Source: Monocercomonoides exilis PA203 (taxonomy: Eukaryota; Protista; Preaxostyla). From it: a stretch of DNA of 64,000 bases. This document shows, piece after piece, positions 12,403 through 22,577 of the stretch; position 1 is the first letter of the stretch, and every line of letters starts with the position of its first letter. The stretch is taken from positions 1,364,001-1,428,000 of the forward strand of contig LSRY02000008.1 in assembly GCA_001643675.2 (NCBI GenBank), in the 5' to 3' direction. Position numbers and translations under genes: made by a program. The notes beneath the pieces are model-generated. The model was not told where the DNA came from and searched no databases. It saw only the letters and a program-made list of their open reading frames with translations.

Positions 12403-13923
12403 CAAAAAAGTCGCACAATATAACTTTTCAATAACGTTTCAGATGTGTAATGAAAATCAGATTTGATAAAACTTCTTTCGAATTTGAATTGGACTTGATT
12501 CAAATGGTATTTTTTCAGAAATTATCTTTGGAAACAAATGTTTGTCATTATGATTTCATTTTTTTCATTCAAATCATAATTGTTCAGCAATCATGGAATA
12601 TGTCAAATATGTCTTGATTTCTCAAAAATTCTATCATTATTTATCAAATATGTAATGTTTGTTTTATTATCAATTATTAAACAATCACATTCGTTTGTCA
12701 TATTTCAATTTCAGATCTCAGAGTTTCATAGAAAAGGAAATGAATCATTAATGATGTTTGTTTATGTTCAAACAGGAAAAAGATACTATTATAAAATTTC
12801 TGTTGAATAATGACAGAATTTTTGAGAAATCAAGACATATTTGACATATTCCATGATTGCTGAACAATTATGATTTGAATGAAAAAAATGAAATCATAAT
12901 GACAAACATTTGTTTCCAAAGATAATTTCTGAAAAAATACCATTTGAATCAAGTCCAATTCAAATTCGAAAGAAGTTTTATCAAATCTGATTTTCATTAC
13001 ACATCTGAAACGTTATTGAAAAGTTATATTGTGCGACTTTTTTGTTTTGAAATCATAACTTTTTTCGGAGTGTTGATTTGAAAAAATGTTTTTTTGCCAA
13101 TAACAAAAAGTTTTTTATCAAATTTCGAACATAAAATAATTGTTGCAAAAGCCATTATTTGAGATAAGTTCATGACATAATTATCTTGAAAAGGTATTAT
13201 CAATTTTCAGTGTTCATTTATCACCATTCAAGATATATATTAAAACCGAAATTTTTTACAGTAAAGGCATGACATCAAAAATTATCACCCAATATACATT
13301 GATAAGTTTTGCTAATGACAATTCTTCACAAAGATTGGTTAATGCTTCTGAAGTGTTTTCAAAAAAAGAAATATTTTTATTGAAAAAAAGAAAAAGAAAA
13401 GAAAAAAAAAGATTAAAAATTATCATGAATTCAAAAAGAATTGTCCATATGTATACACACTTGTTAATATGTATGTGTGTAAAAATAATCCGAAAAGGAA
13501 GATTCAGCTTTTCAACGGAATATGGATTTCGTTTTGGCAAACAGTATCTTTAAGTTCATACACTGGAGTTTCCACAGATAATAACTCACATGAATGAAAG
13601 ATTTTATTCACAATAACAAGGAAAAAAAATGATTCTGCATAAGCAATCACAAAAATATATTTTTTCGACCTGATGTTCTTTTCAAATTTTGCACAGAAAA
13701 AATATATTTATTTTTTTCTGTTGCTAATAATGTTTTTGTAATAAATATAAGAATGAAAAAAATGATGAAAAATCTATAAAAATATATGTAAAAAAGCTTT
13801 TTCCTATTACAAACAATAGCTACGACTAAATGCATTTTTTTGGTATTTGTATGCAAAATATTAATCCACTTTTGTTTTTGAAAAATGTTGGGCATACTTA
13901 TTCACGCATCTTAAACCATCCAG

Positions 13924-15357
13924 TCATGATTTAAAAAAAAGCACTCCTGTTCCAATCGCGCTCTTCTCTTTGCTCGTCCCAATGATTGAAACCTTCTTTG
14001 ACCCAATCTCAATTGTTGTTGTCTCGCTTTGATGATTTCCATCCAGCAGCGTGATTGTCAAGCTAATCTGCACCTCACACATCTCAAACGCCTTCTTCAC
14101 CGTTTTGCACGGATTTGATTCATTTGATCCGCAAAGTGGAGATGCATCATTTCCATTCATTGAAACATATATCGTCTTGTCCTTCAGCCAATCCTTTTTT
14201 TCTGTGTGCTGAAATTTCCAACTCCCTGAATTCGATAAATCATATCCATAACATACTCTTTGGTCATCTGTGTTTGTTGTGTAACATTCATGGAACGGGT
14301 TATTTTGAGATAAATATAAATTGTTATTATCGTAATATATCATATCATGCCCATATGGAGTGGCTGCAGAGCATTTGCATTCGTGAAAAAACAAAAAATA
14401 ACAATAAAATTTATCATTCGGTGCTGTTGCTCGATTTGGATGTAAACACAATCCTCCACCTTCTTGCCGTGCAGAACATGAAAAAAACTGAATGCTCCTC
14501 ATTTTGAATTGCGTTGCAGGAACAGTAGCACAACGCATGCCCCCACCTTGCGAATTTGTGACTGAGCATGAAGTGAAACTGCAGTCAAACACACACGCAC
14601 TTTCCCCTTCTCCATTTTCTGTTCCAATGCAATCTGTTCCTGAAACCTGAAAATTATCAAGATAAAGTCCTCCTCCCCAGCCATAAGAAGAACATTTCTG
14701 AAACTCACATCCGCTGATCCGAACACATGATGAAATTAATACAACATACAATCCCCCTCCAGCATTGTTTTGAGCATTGCAAGCGTTGAATAAATTGTTT
14801 GTTATATCAACTGACTTGATTGAACGGCACATGATTCCGCCTCCGCCATAATATGCATAGCAATCATTGAATGAACAATGCGAAACTGTCAGTTCTCCTG
14901 AATTGAGGTTATACATCCGAATTGCTCCACCATTGGAAGCTTCATTGGCATAATCATCTTTGCTTCCAGTCGTCTTCGATTCACTCCACTCGCACCAAGT
15001 GAATGAGTTTGCTCCATTCACTGTAATGTTCTGTCTCCCTGGAGCCAGCCTATTAGTTTCAGTTCCAATGCATTCAACATTCCTTGTTCGACAACACCCA
15101 ATAAACGAGGTGTTTGAAACAGATAAGGAAGCCAAAGGATTGTTGAGGGAATGAACAATTCCGCCATCATACACATCACAGACCGATGAAAATGAGCAAC
15201 TGCTCATAAAACTTGATGTTTGGGTTGATGTAGTTGTTGAAGACGAACATGCATCATTTGCTGTTGAGATGTTGAAAAAAGTGAGTCTGGAGAGGGATTT
15301 AAGGGGTGTAGAGGGCGGCGATAAAAAATTGGCAAAAAGAAGAGAAATGAAATTCAT
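13924..15357 (-). CDS. Beta-helix family copy 3 (477-aa open cassette, truncated after IGTG at the hub)
   Basis: Continuous ORF with all family motifs. Homology to longer copies stops at ...AIGTGVLFFKS, where the AT-rich hub begins. Confidence 0.75.
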   Translation of the reverse strand: MNFISLLFANFLSPPSTPLKSLSRLTFFNISTANDACSSSTTTSTQTSSFMSSCSFSSVCDVYDGGIVHSLNNPLASLSVSNTSFIGCCRTRNVECIGTETNRLAPGRQNITVNGANSFTWCEWSESKTTGSKDDYANEASNGGAIRMYNLNSGELTVSHCSFNDCYAYYGGGGIMCRSIKSVDITNNLFNACNAQNNAGGGLYVVLISSCVRISGCEFQKCSSYGWGGGLYLDNFQVSGTDCIGTENGEGESACVFDCSFTSCSVTNSQGGGMRCATVPATQFKMRSIQFFSCSARQEGGGLCLHPNRATAPNDKFYCYFLFFHECKCSAATPYGHDMIYYDNNNLYLSQNNPFHECYTTNTDDQRVCYGYDLSNSGSWKFQHTEKKDWLKDKTIYVSMNGNDASPLCGSNESNPCKTVKKAFEMCEVQISLTITLLDGNHQSETTTIEIGSKKVSIIGTSKEKSAIGTGVLFFKS

Positions 15358-17510
15358 TCACAGAATTTCTTCCTTTTCCTTCTCCCCCTTCCCCATGCCT
15401 CTTAGCGCCATGCCAAAAAATATCCCATTGAGCTTGAGTTCCTCTTTTCTGCCTCTTCTGCTGCTGCTTCCGAAAAGATTTTTGTAAATAAAAATTCCAC
15501 AAAAATTTCTTTCCTCATTCTCTTCAGTTTTTTCCGTCTCGCTCATTCTGCCAAACACTCTTCGGTTGCTGATTTCTCCCAATTTCTTCCAGGAATGCCC
15601 AGAAAAAAACAGTGCTTCCACATCCCGTATTTCATGCTCCCCCAGCGCTTTTGACAACACCTGATCGCATCACACATCAATCAAATCAAAAAATACAAAT
15701 ACAAATACAAATAAAAAATGGAACATGAAGAATATGAACAAACAAGAATAAAATACCTCCATAATTCTTCATTTCCCTTCACTCCCCTCGTCCCCTGTTT
15801 GCATCTCTCCAAATACCTCTCACCCCAGCATCATCCACTCAAATGCCACACCACACCACGCCTTCGCCTTTCAAACGCAATTCCAAAAATAAAGAAAAAA
15901 TAAAATGTTGTTCTCGCCCGCTCTTCCATTGCCCATCCAACCTCACTCTCACCATTCTTCTCTTCTCATCTTCCTCCATCCAACCCTCAATCCAAAAAAT
16001 ATGAAATATTTCTCTTCCTCCTCTCATTCTTCAAGCAAAGCTAAAAAAACAATCTGCGCTCCTCAGACAACATGTGATGGCTTTCCGCGCATCTTTCCGC
16101 AATTCACTCAATATCTTCAATAAAAAAAAAAAATAATCATAAAATTTAATATAAAAAATATATATAAATTCTCATGAAACAAATCACCAAACCTGTCTCC
16201 TCTTTCATCATGAAAGGCTCACAAAGCAATCGCACAGTCCCTTTCCTGTGCTGCCTCGACTGCCCAGATGAGCATGACTGCATCCCCAAACATCCTGTCC
16301 CGACCTCTCATCCCCGTCTCCTTGATTTCCATATCCTCTTCCATTCTCATATTGTTCATGTTAGCTATCGTCGATGCGTGCCTTCCAACACACACACCCA
16401 CCTCGATCCTCTTCAATCATCCACACCCGTCAGCTGCCAAAAATACAACATCCAACTCGCTTTTGTCACCCCCTTTAAAATAAAAAATATGTGTGTGAAA
16501 ATCCCAGCTGCAATGTGTTCTTCCATCAGTCAGGCACTCTGCTCCACACTCTTTATCCCCCTCCCCTTTCCTGCTCCTTCTCACAATCATTGTTTCCCAC
16601 TTTCGCCTTTCTTTTCCAAAAAACGAACTGCTGAAAAATCATCTCATCAAACACAGCTGCTGCAAGCACCTTTTTCTCTTGTGGGCGTCCGCTCCTCTGA
16701 TCAGCCACAAGCCGAACCCTGCTCCCCACAAACAATCTCGCTTATCAATCAAACACTGCCAAACACATGAAATTCAGAAAATGAACAAATATCCCCCAAA
16801 ACAAGTTTAATTTTTGTTTTCACACACCCCTCTCAACCTCGTCCCTTTTCACTCAGCCATTGCCAAGAAAAAAAATATCAAAATGATTTATTGGTTTGAG
16901 TCTTTTTTGTAATGGATTCAATGATCATCAGATTCGAAAAAACGGAATATTCCATTCACAGAATGAGAAATCCGTGAGTGAACATTGCCTGTAGAGCTAG
17001 AAATATTATTTCCTGTGGAGATAACAAGAAACGAGGCAATGCAATATTTTTGAAATTCTGTCTGATGATTTTTGTCAATTGGATGGTCAAGGGGAATGCA
17101 ACAATTTCATCAATCACACAAAAAGACATAATGTATGTATTTTATATTGTTCTATATGTTGTGAAGATATTTCCATCTGTATCCTCTCCAAAGTGCAGGA
17201 ATGTGAGTTATTGTTGAAATGGCCAATCTCCGCTTTGTGGAGCAATGCGATGAGAACGGAGCAGATTATTGTATAGCCATTGGGAAATAAATGAAGTTAC
17301 GGAAGATACATGATTTTTATTTGGTGCAGGAGGTGAAAACAAATTCTACTGATGTTTTGTTGAATGAAGACAAAAAGTGGATGGAATTCTGTGAAGGACA
17401 AAATCTGCACAAAATTATATAGCATTTTGGAGCATAAGGCAAGGGAGAAGCTTTTTTGGCAAGGAAAGTGGCTGGCAATATCGAGGGAAGGATATTAATC
17501 ACATAAAAAA
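15358..17510 (+). repeat. Dispersed ~2.1-kb upstream block, direct copy of ~56950-59130 (inverted copies at 48151-50035 and 9270-10089; fragment at ~7786-7846)
   Basis: Shared ORF-like text MKQITKPVSS / MKQIIKPVSS and MFVGSRVxLVADQRS, plus matching DNA such as GTATCCTCTCCAAAGTGCAGGAAT at ~17179 and 58801. Confidence 0.85.
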
Positions 17511-18475
17511 GGCAAGAATTCAACGAAAAAAGGAGAACCCCAAAATATCGGTTTTATTTATAAGGTTTTCCTGTTTCTCGGACTGTGCCAGGCAGACATG
17601 GAAGGCTGCGAAATTCTATTTGTGATTCCGCTTTTGCTTCAAAAGAGTGGAGAAACGCCAACTACGAGACATCCAATTGTCGAATATTTGTTGGCAGTTG
17701 AACAACATTCAGGCCAGCCGCTTTTGGATTTCATTCTTCGAAGGGACAGCCATTTTGAGCAAGCAATGTGATTATCATTCGAAGTTTGCTTTCTTCGACG
17801 CCACAGCCAATGAAAGAGAATATGATGGTTTTTGTTTTCATCGTTTGTTTTTCAACAAAGCTGTTGTTTCGCTCAGCTTCTATGTTTGTGCATGGTCCAT
17901 TGAATTTTGTGCGTTGAGTATCAGAGAATGCATTTCAGAAGCATTGTCATCTGCATCGTGAGCATCGATGAATGAATGCCAACCTTTCCATCCATCTTCC
18001 TCTTCGCTGTTGAAGCACAGCCAACTCATTCTCTTCGTTTTCATCAGGGTTTATCTTCCTCATCCGCGATCTCGTTGGCATTTGATGCCTTCCAATCACG
18101 CAGGCCGAAGAGCGATGTCCTTCAAGCACAGAAAGATGAGCATCCCTTCCTTCCTCTGCAGCCCCTTTTCGTCTGCTTCAATCTGCCGATCGTTGTCGTC
18201 TATTTCTTCTTCCCCTTTTTCTTCTGTGAAGCGAGCTTGGCCAAAAGCACAAAGTGTGGCCATTCAAGCCACAAGTACCCAAAGTCTGCAAACGGTAATT
18301 TTTTTTTTTTTCGCTGGAGATTATCTTCTATCTTCTTTATTTTTTTTTTTATTTCAAGATTTTGAAGGATGGAAAAAGCGACGCAAAAAAACATTTATTT
18401 TCTTTGTTTGTTCATTTGTTGAAGGAAGGAGCAGGAAGGCGGAGGGAAAGGGACAGGGCAGGATGGAGAGAAGAA

Positions 18476-18507
<32 letters not shown>

Positions 18508-18918
18508 GGATAATAAAAAGAAAAAGAAAAAGATTGAATGAAAGTGAATGGATAGGAATGGTACTTGGGATGGGCCTGTAGGATTTGGTCGAATGGGTTG
18601 AAGCGATGCAGATGCGGAAGGGATGCACAGAGGGTGGATGGTGTGTCATTCTGCTTTGTCTGAATTATTTCTTTGTTTTGAAATTAGTTTTGGAATTTGT
18701 TTTTAATCATATAACTATATTCAATATTTATTTATTATTTAAATATATTTTGATTTTTCTATTTTTCAATTCAACTTCCGCGTTTCTTTTCCTCATTCTT
18801 CTTCTCCTTTTTTTTAAAATCAACTTCGATTGCCTCTGTTTTATATTTGCATATCTGACAAATGAATATTCTTTATTCTTTTCGATTTCATGACATTCTA
18901 TAATATCAGCTCCCTGTT

Positions 18919-19082
18919 TCTTCTTCCTCTTCCTCCTCTTCTTCCTCTTCCTCTTCCTCTTCCTCTTCCTCTTCCTCTTCCTCTTCCTCTTCCTCTTCCT
19001 CTTCCTCTTCCTCTTCCTCTTCCTCTTCCTCTTCCTCTTCCTCTTCCTCTTCCTCTTCCTCTTCTTCTTCTTCCTCTTCTTC
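18919..19082 (+). repeat. (CTTCCT)n hexamer microsatellite
   Basis: About 20 or more tandem CTTCCT units; explains the spurious poly-LP and poly-KR ORFs. Confidence 0.95.
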
Positions 19083-20414
19083 TGTTTATTCATCATCATC
19101 TTCTTTTTATTCAAATATGTCTGCATCGTGTCACGCAGTTTCTCCTTCTTTGACATCATCATCAACATCATCTGATTGGAATTCTTCATATTTCGTATTT
19201 TGATCAGAGAAAATAAGAGAAAATGAAAGAAAATGAAAGAAAAAGGAAGAAATTTATTTGCACAAAGAGGAATCCAGAAATCAAAAGAAAATGAGAAGAA
19301 GAGGAAGAAGAGGAAGAAGAGGAAGAAGAGGAAGAAGAAAAGGAAGATAAATTCAATCGAGGAGTTTTTGAAGGATGAGAACAAAAGCAATGAACGAACT
19401 GAAGAGCATTTACAGTTGATTCAGAAGAGATGCAATCAATGATAGAATTTCATTTATCATCATCATCATCATCATCATCATCATCTTTTTCTTCCTTTAT
19501 TTCTCCTTCTTCCTCTGCTTCAAATTCATTATCATCATCTCCCTCTCCCTCTCCCTTTCCCTCTTCTTCTCTCCCTCTTCTTCTCTCCCTCTTCTTCTCT
19601 CCCTTCTTCTCCCTTCCTCTGGCAGCATTTTCTCATCCCTCCCAAAAGCATTGAATGTGCTTGTGATGTTGTCGAAGCTCTTTTTCAACACAATTTGGTG
19701 GGAGTATTGTGGATAGGGGCTGTTAGAATATCTTCTTCTTCTTCTTCTTCTTTTTCAAATTCTTCTTCTTCTTCTTCTTCTTCTTCTTTTTCAAATTCTT
19801 CTTCTTCTTCTTCTTCTTCTTTTTCAAATTCTTCTTCTTCTTCTTCTATGGTTTTTCTTCGGTTCATTAAGTTAATTTGGCATATGTTAATGCTGAACAG
19901 CCACAAAGCCATCAAACAATGCGAAGAAAAAAAAAGGATGATAATTCCGCGCTTCCTAATAAGGAACAGGAAAACATGAAAAAAAATTTCGTCTGTTTTT
20001 TTCATGTCGGAAAATAACATTCATTTGCACACAACTGCAATTGATATTCAGCCAAATTAATTCATCATCATCTTCTTCTTCTTTTTCTTCTTCATTTACA
20101 GCAAACACAAAATGTTTTATTTGTCCAAAGAAATTCGATGAACAGAATTACAAATCAAATGGAATGAAAGGACTTAACATTGGATGATGGTATTTGAGGA
20201 GAAGGGGGGAAAAGGCGGAGCTTGATGATGATTTTCAATGGAATGAAGAAGAGACTGTGATTTTTGAATTTGGAGAGAGGAAATGTGGCTTGGAGCAAAA
20301 AGGACGGATTGATTGGAGGGAGTGGAATGAGAAGGTGGGTTGAGAGAAAGGGAAAAGAAAGAGAGAGAAGAGAAAATTTTTTGATAGAACGCAGTGAGAC
20401 AGGTTTTGCTCCGA

Positions 20415-20448
20415 AATAATGAGTTTGATCTTAAATTATGGGTGGTTT
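20415..20448. repeat. DIRS subterminal inverted repeat (34 bp), partner at 26489-26522
   Basis: AATAATGAGTTTGATCTTAAATTATGGGTGGTTT is the exact reverse complement of AAACCACCCATAATTTAAGATCAAACTCATTATT. Confidence 0.93.
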
Positions 20449-21051
20449 GAGTGAAAAACTTCGCCCTCCCAAATGACGTGGAAAAAAGGGCGAGATGAAA
20501 AAACAAAACAATAGCATTAAAATTTAATAATAATAAAATAAAATAATGCATTGTCCGCTTCACTTCACCACCGACTTCGCCTTTTGCCATGGTCTCGAAG
20601 ACCAGAGGGCAGGGGGCATACCCCTCGGAGCTCCCTCCTGCAGGCTGTGCAGGGATCCGGTGAGGCGAAAATTAAAAACGGAGCAGAAAGAAAAACCACT
20701 CTCGCTTTCGCGAGGCGTGGAAAAGAAAACTGCGTGTATAATGCTCTGCCTCCCACTCTTCTGCTGCATCAGCAGAGCAACCCCAATCATCACACACTGC
20801 ATATTTAATATTCAATTCTTCTCTGTAAAAAAACAATAATAATCTTGTAAAGGAGTAAGGTTCTTCTTAACGGTTTCAATAACATTCCTGTTTATCAATA
20901 CAGGTTATGGATGCACTTGATATCTCTGGACGGATTATCTCTTTCTATCTCCTCTGTTCTCTCGCCACTTTTTTCTCGTCCTATTCTTCACCCTGTGTTT
21001 CTCTCTCTCATCTCGCACCCAGCCGCTCTGAGTCTCTCCATCCGCGTTAGT

Positions 21052-21150
21052 ATTATTTCGGAGCAAAACCTGTCTCACTGCGTTCTATCAATTCGCAATA
21101 GAGCGAATATCCGAACGCAAGGAGCAGGTTTGCTCCTCAATAATGAGTTT
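21052..21150. other. DIRS internal complementary region (ICR)
   Basis: 21052-21091 is the reverse complement of terminus 20381-20420, and 21087-21150 is the reverse complement of terminus 26511-26574. Together they spell the circular junction GCGAATTGATAGAACG. Confidence 0.95.
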
Positions 21151-22577
21151 TGAAAGCCCTCGTTCTCTTCTCTCCTCTGATCTTAAACCCTCTTGCCTAG
21201 CACATTGTCGTGCGGCGGATGAACAGAGGGACTGCGGATGAAGGTGCGGCCTCTATTCCTACTCCCTCCCCCTCTTGCGCTGTTTTCGGGGGGTTCTTGA
21301 TCGTGTCTTCCGTACTTGAGCGGGCATAATAATTTGTCCTATGCTTCTCTCTCCGCGTTTCCTCCGATCGGTCTCGAGTTTCTTCTGCAAGGCAGGTTGT
21401 CTGCCCTCCGCCAGCTCCATGATGCTGCGGGGAATTATGGACGGTGTCTCATCACCCCTGGTGGGTTGTGTTATATCGTCCTCATGATGCGAACTCTTCT
21501 CTCGAGTCGGCCCTCGTCTCTTCGAATTCTTTCTCTCACTCGTCTCCGCTTCTCCCCCGGTCTGTGATGTTTCTTCAGGTAATTCCTTAGTTACAGATTC
21601 TGTATTCTCATTTTTAATATTTTCTCTCTTGCTGTTCTTCTCCAACTTATATCCCTTCTCAGCCAGGGGTACTGGGCCTCCGATTGTCTCCAGGATCCAT
21701 CTCGTGTCCTGAACTGGTAACACGGTATCATATTCCTGGGCAACTCTCGAACCTGGCGCCCATCTCACATAAGCATTGATAGCCTTCCAGTCCGCTCCTT
21801 CTCGTCTTGCTAAGTGTGTGATCACTGCGTGTCTTATAGAGTACGCGGTAAATGTGTCGGGTATTCCGTTCTATCTCAGGACAGCTACTATTTCTTCTTT
21901 GATTCTCTGCAAATTTGCGGGTTGATTCTCACTAATATCGAACCACATATGCTCATTTATAAAGGCTGCCTTGGTGTAATCCATCCAGCATTGGAGCGCT
22001 ACTTCTACATCGATCTGTGGATTCGGATATTTATTTATTATAACTTTGATAACTTCACCTCCCGACGTCTTGGTTCGTACTTGTGTCTGGACAGAGTTAT
22101 CTTTGAATATCATTGTCTCTCTTCTCATTCTTTCTAGCTCTGCTGGCCTTAAAGCTCCAAAGATCATAGTGAGAATGAGGGCTCTACTCTGGAGGGTCTG
22201 TGGGTCTTTCATATCGTGAGTGGCTTCTGCCCACTTCGTGATGATTGTCAAGTCCCACATCGATTTGTATCGTTTGCCTCTTCTTGGTTTCTCCCCCACA
22301 TAGGTCTTTAGAAATGTCTCTATGTCTTTCACGTCAACCTTAGTCTTTCTGAAGAGGTTAATAGAATCCAGTACCTTCCGTACTGTCTGATTTATCACTC
22401 CACTTGAGAGGTTTGTATTCGAGAGTGTTTCGATGAACTCTGCCATAATCCATTTTGCATCTTTCGTTGTGAGGGGGTCAGTGTCATCCATACTCTCTCT
22501 ATCTAGAAATTGCTTGAATCTTCGCAGCGCTCTCCACGTATCTCTTTCGCTCTTTTGATTTCTAAGTATTGCTGCTG

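Larger units (their letters stand above)
9270..16170. repeat. Giant inverted repeat P2; arms ~9270-12641 and 12806-~16170, loop 12642-12805
   Basis: Pair sum 25447 (mirror ORFs 11552-11800/13647-13895 and 10090/15357). Inner arms near identical; the outer ~600 bp has scattered substitutions. Confidence 0.96.

Noticed and set aside
18728-19979. Poly-KR, poly-LP, poly-E and poly-S ORFs
   Set aside because: Translations of (CTTCCT)n and (TCT)n microsatellites.
21871-21873. Genome-wide TAA/TAG=Gln genetic code
   Set aside because: Thousands of codons in the cassette cores and DIRS ORFs use CAA/CAG with no other internal TAR seen; one TAG is insufficient.
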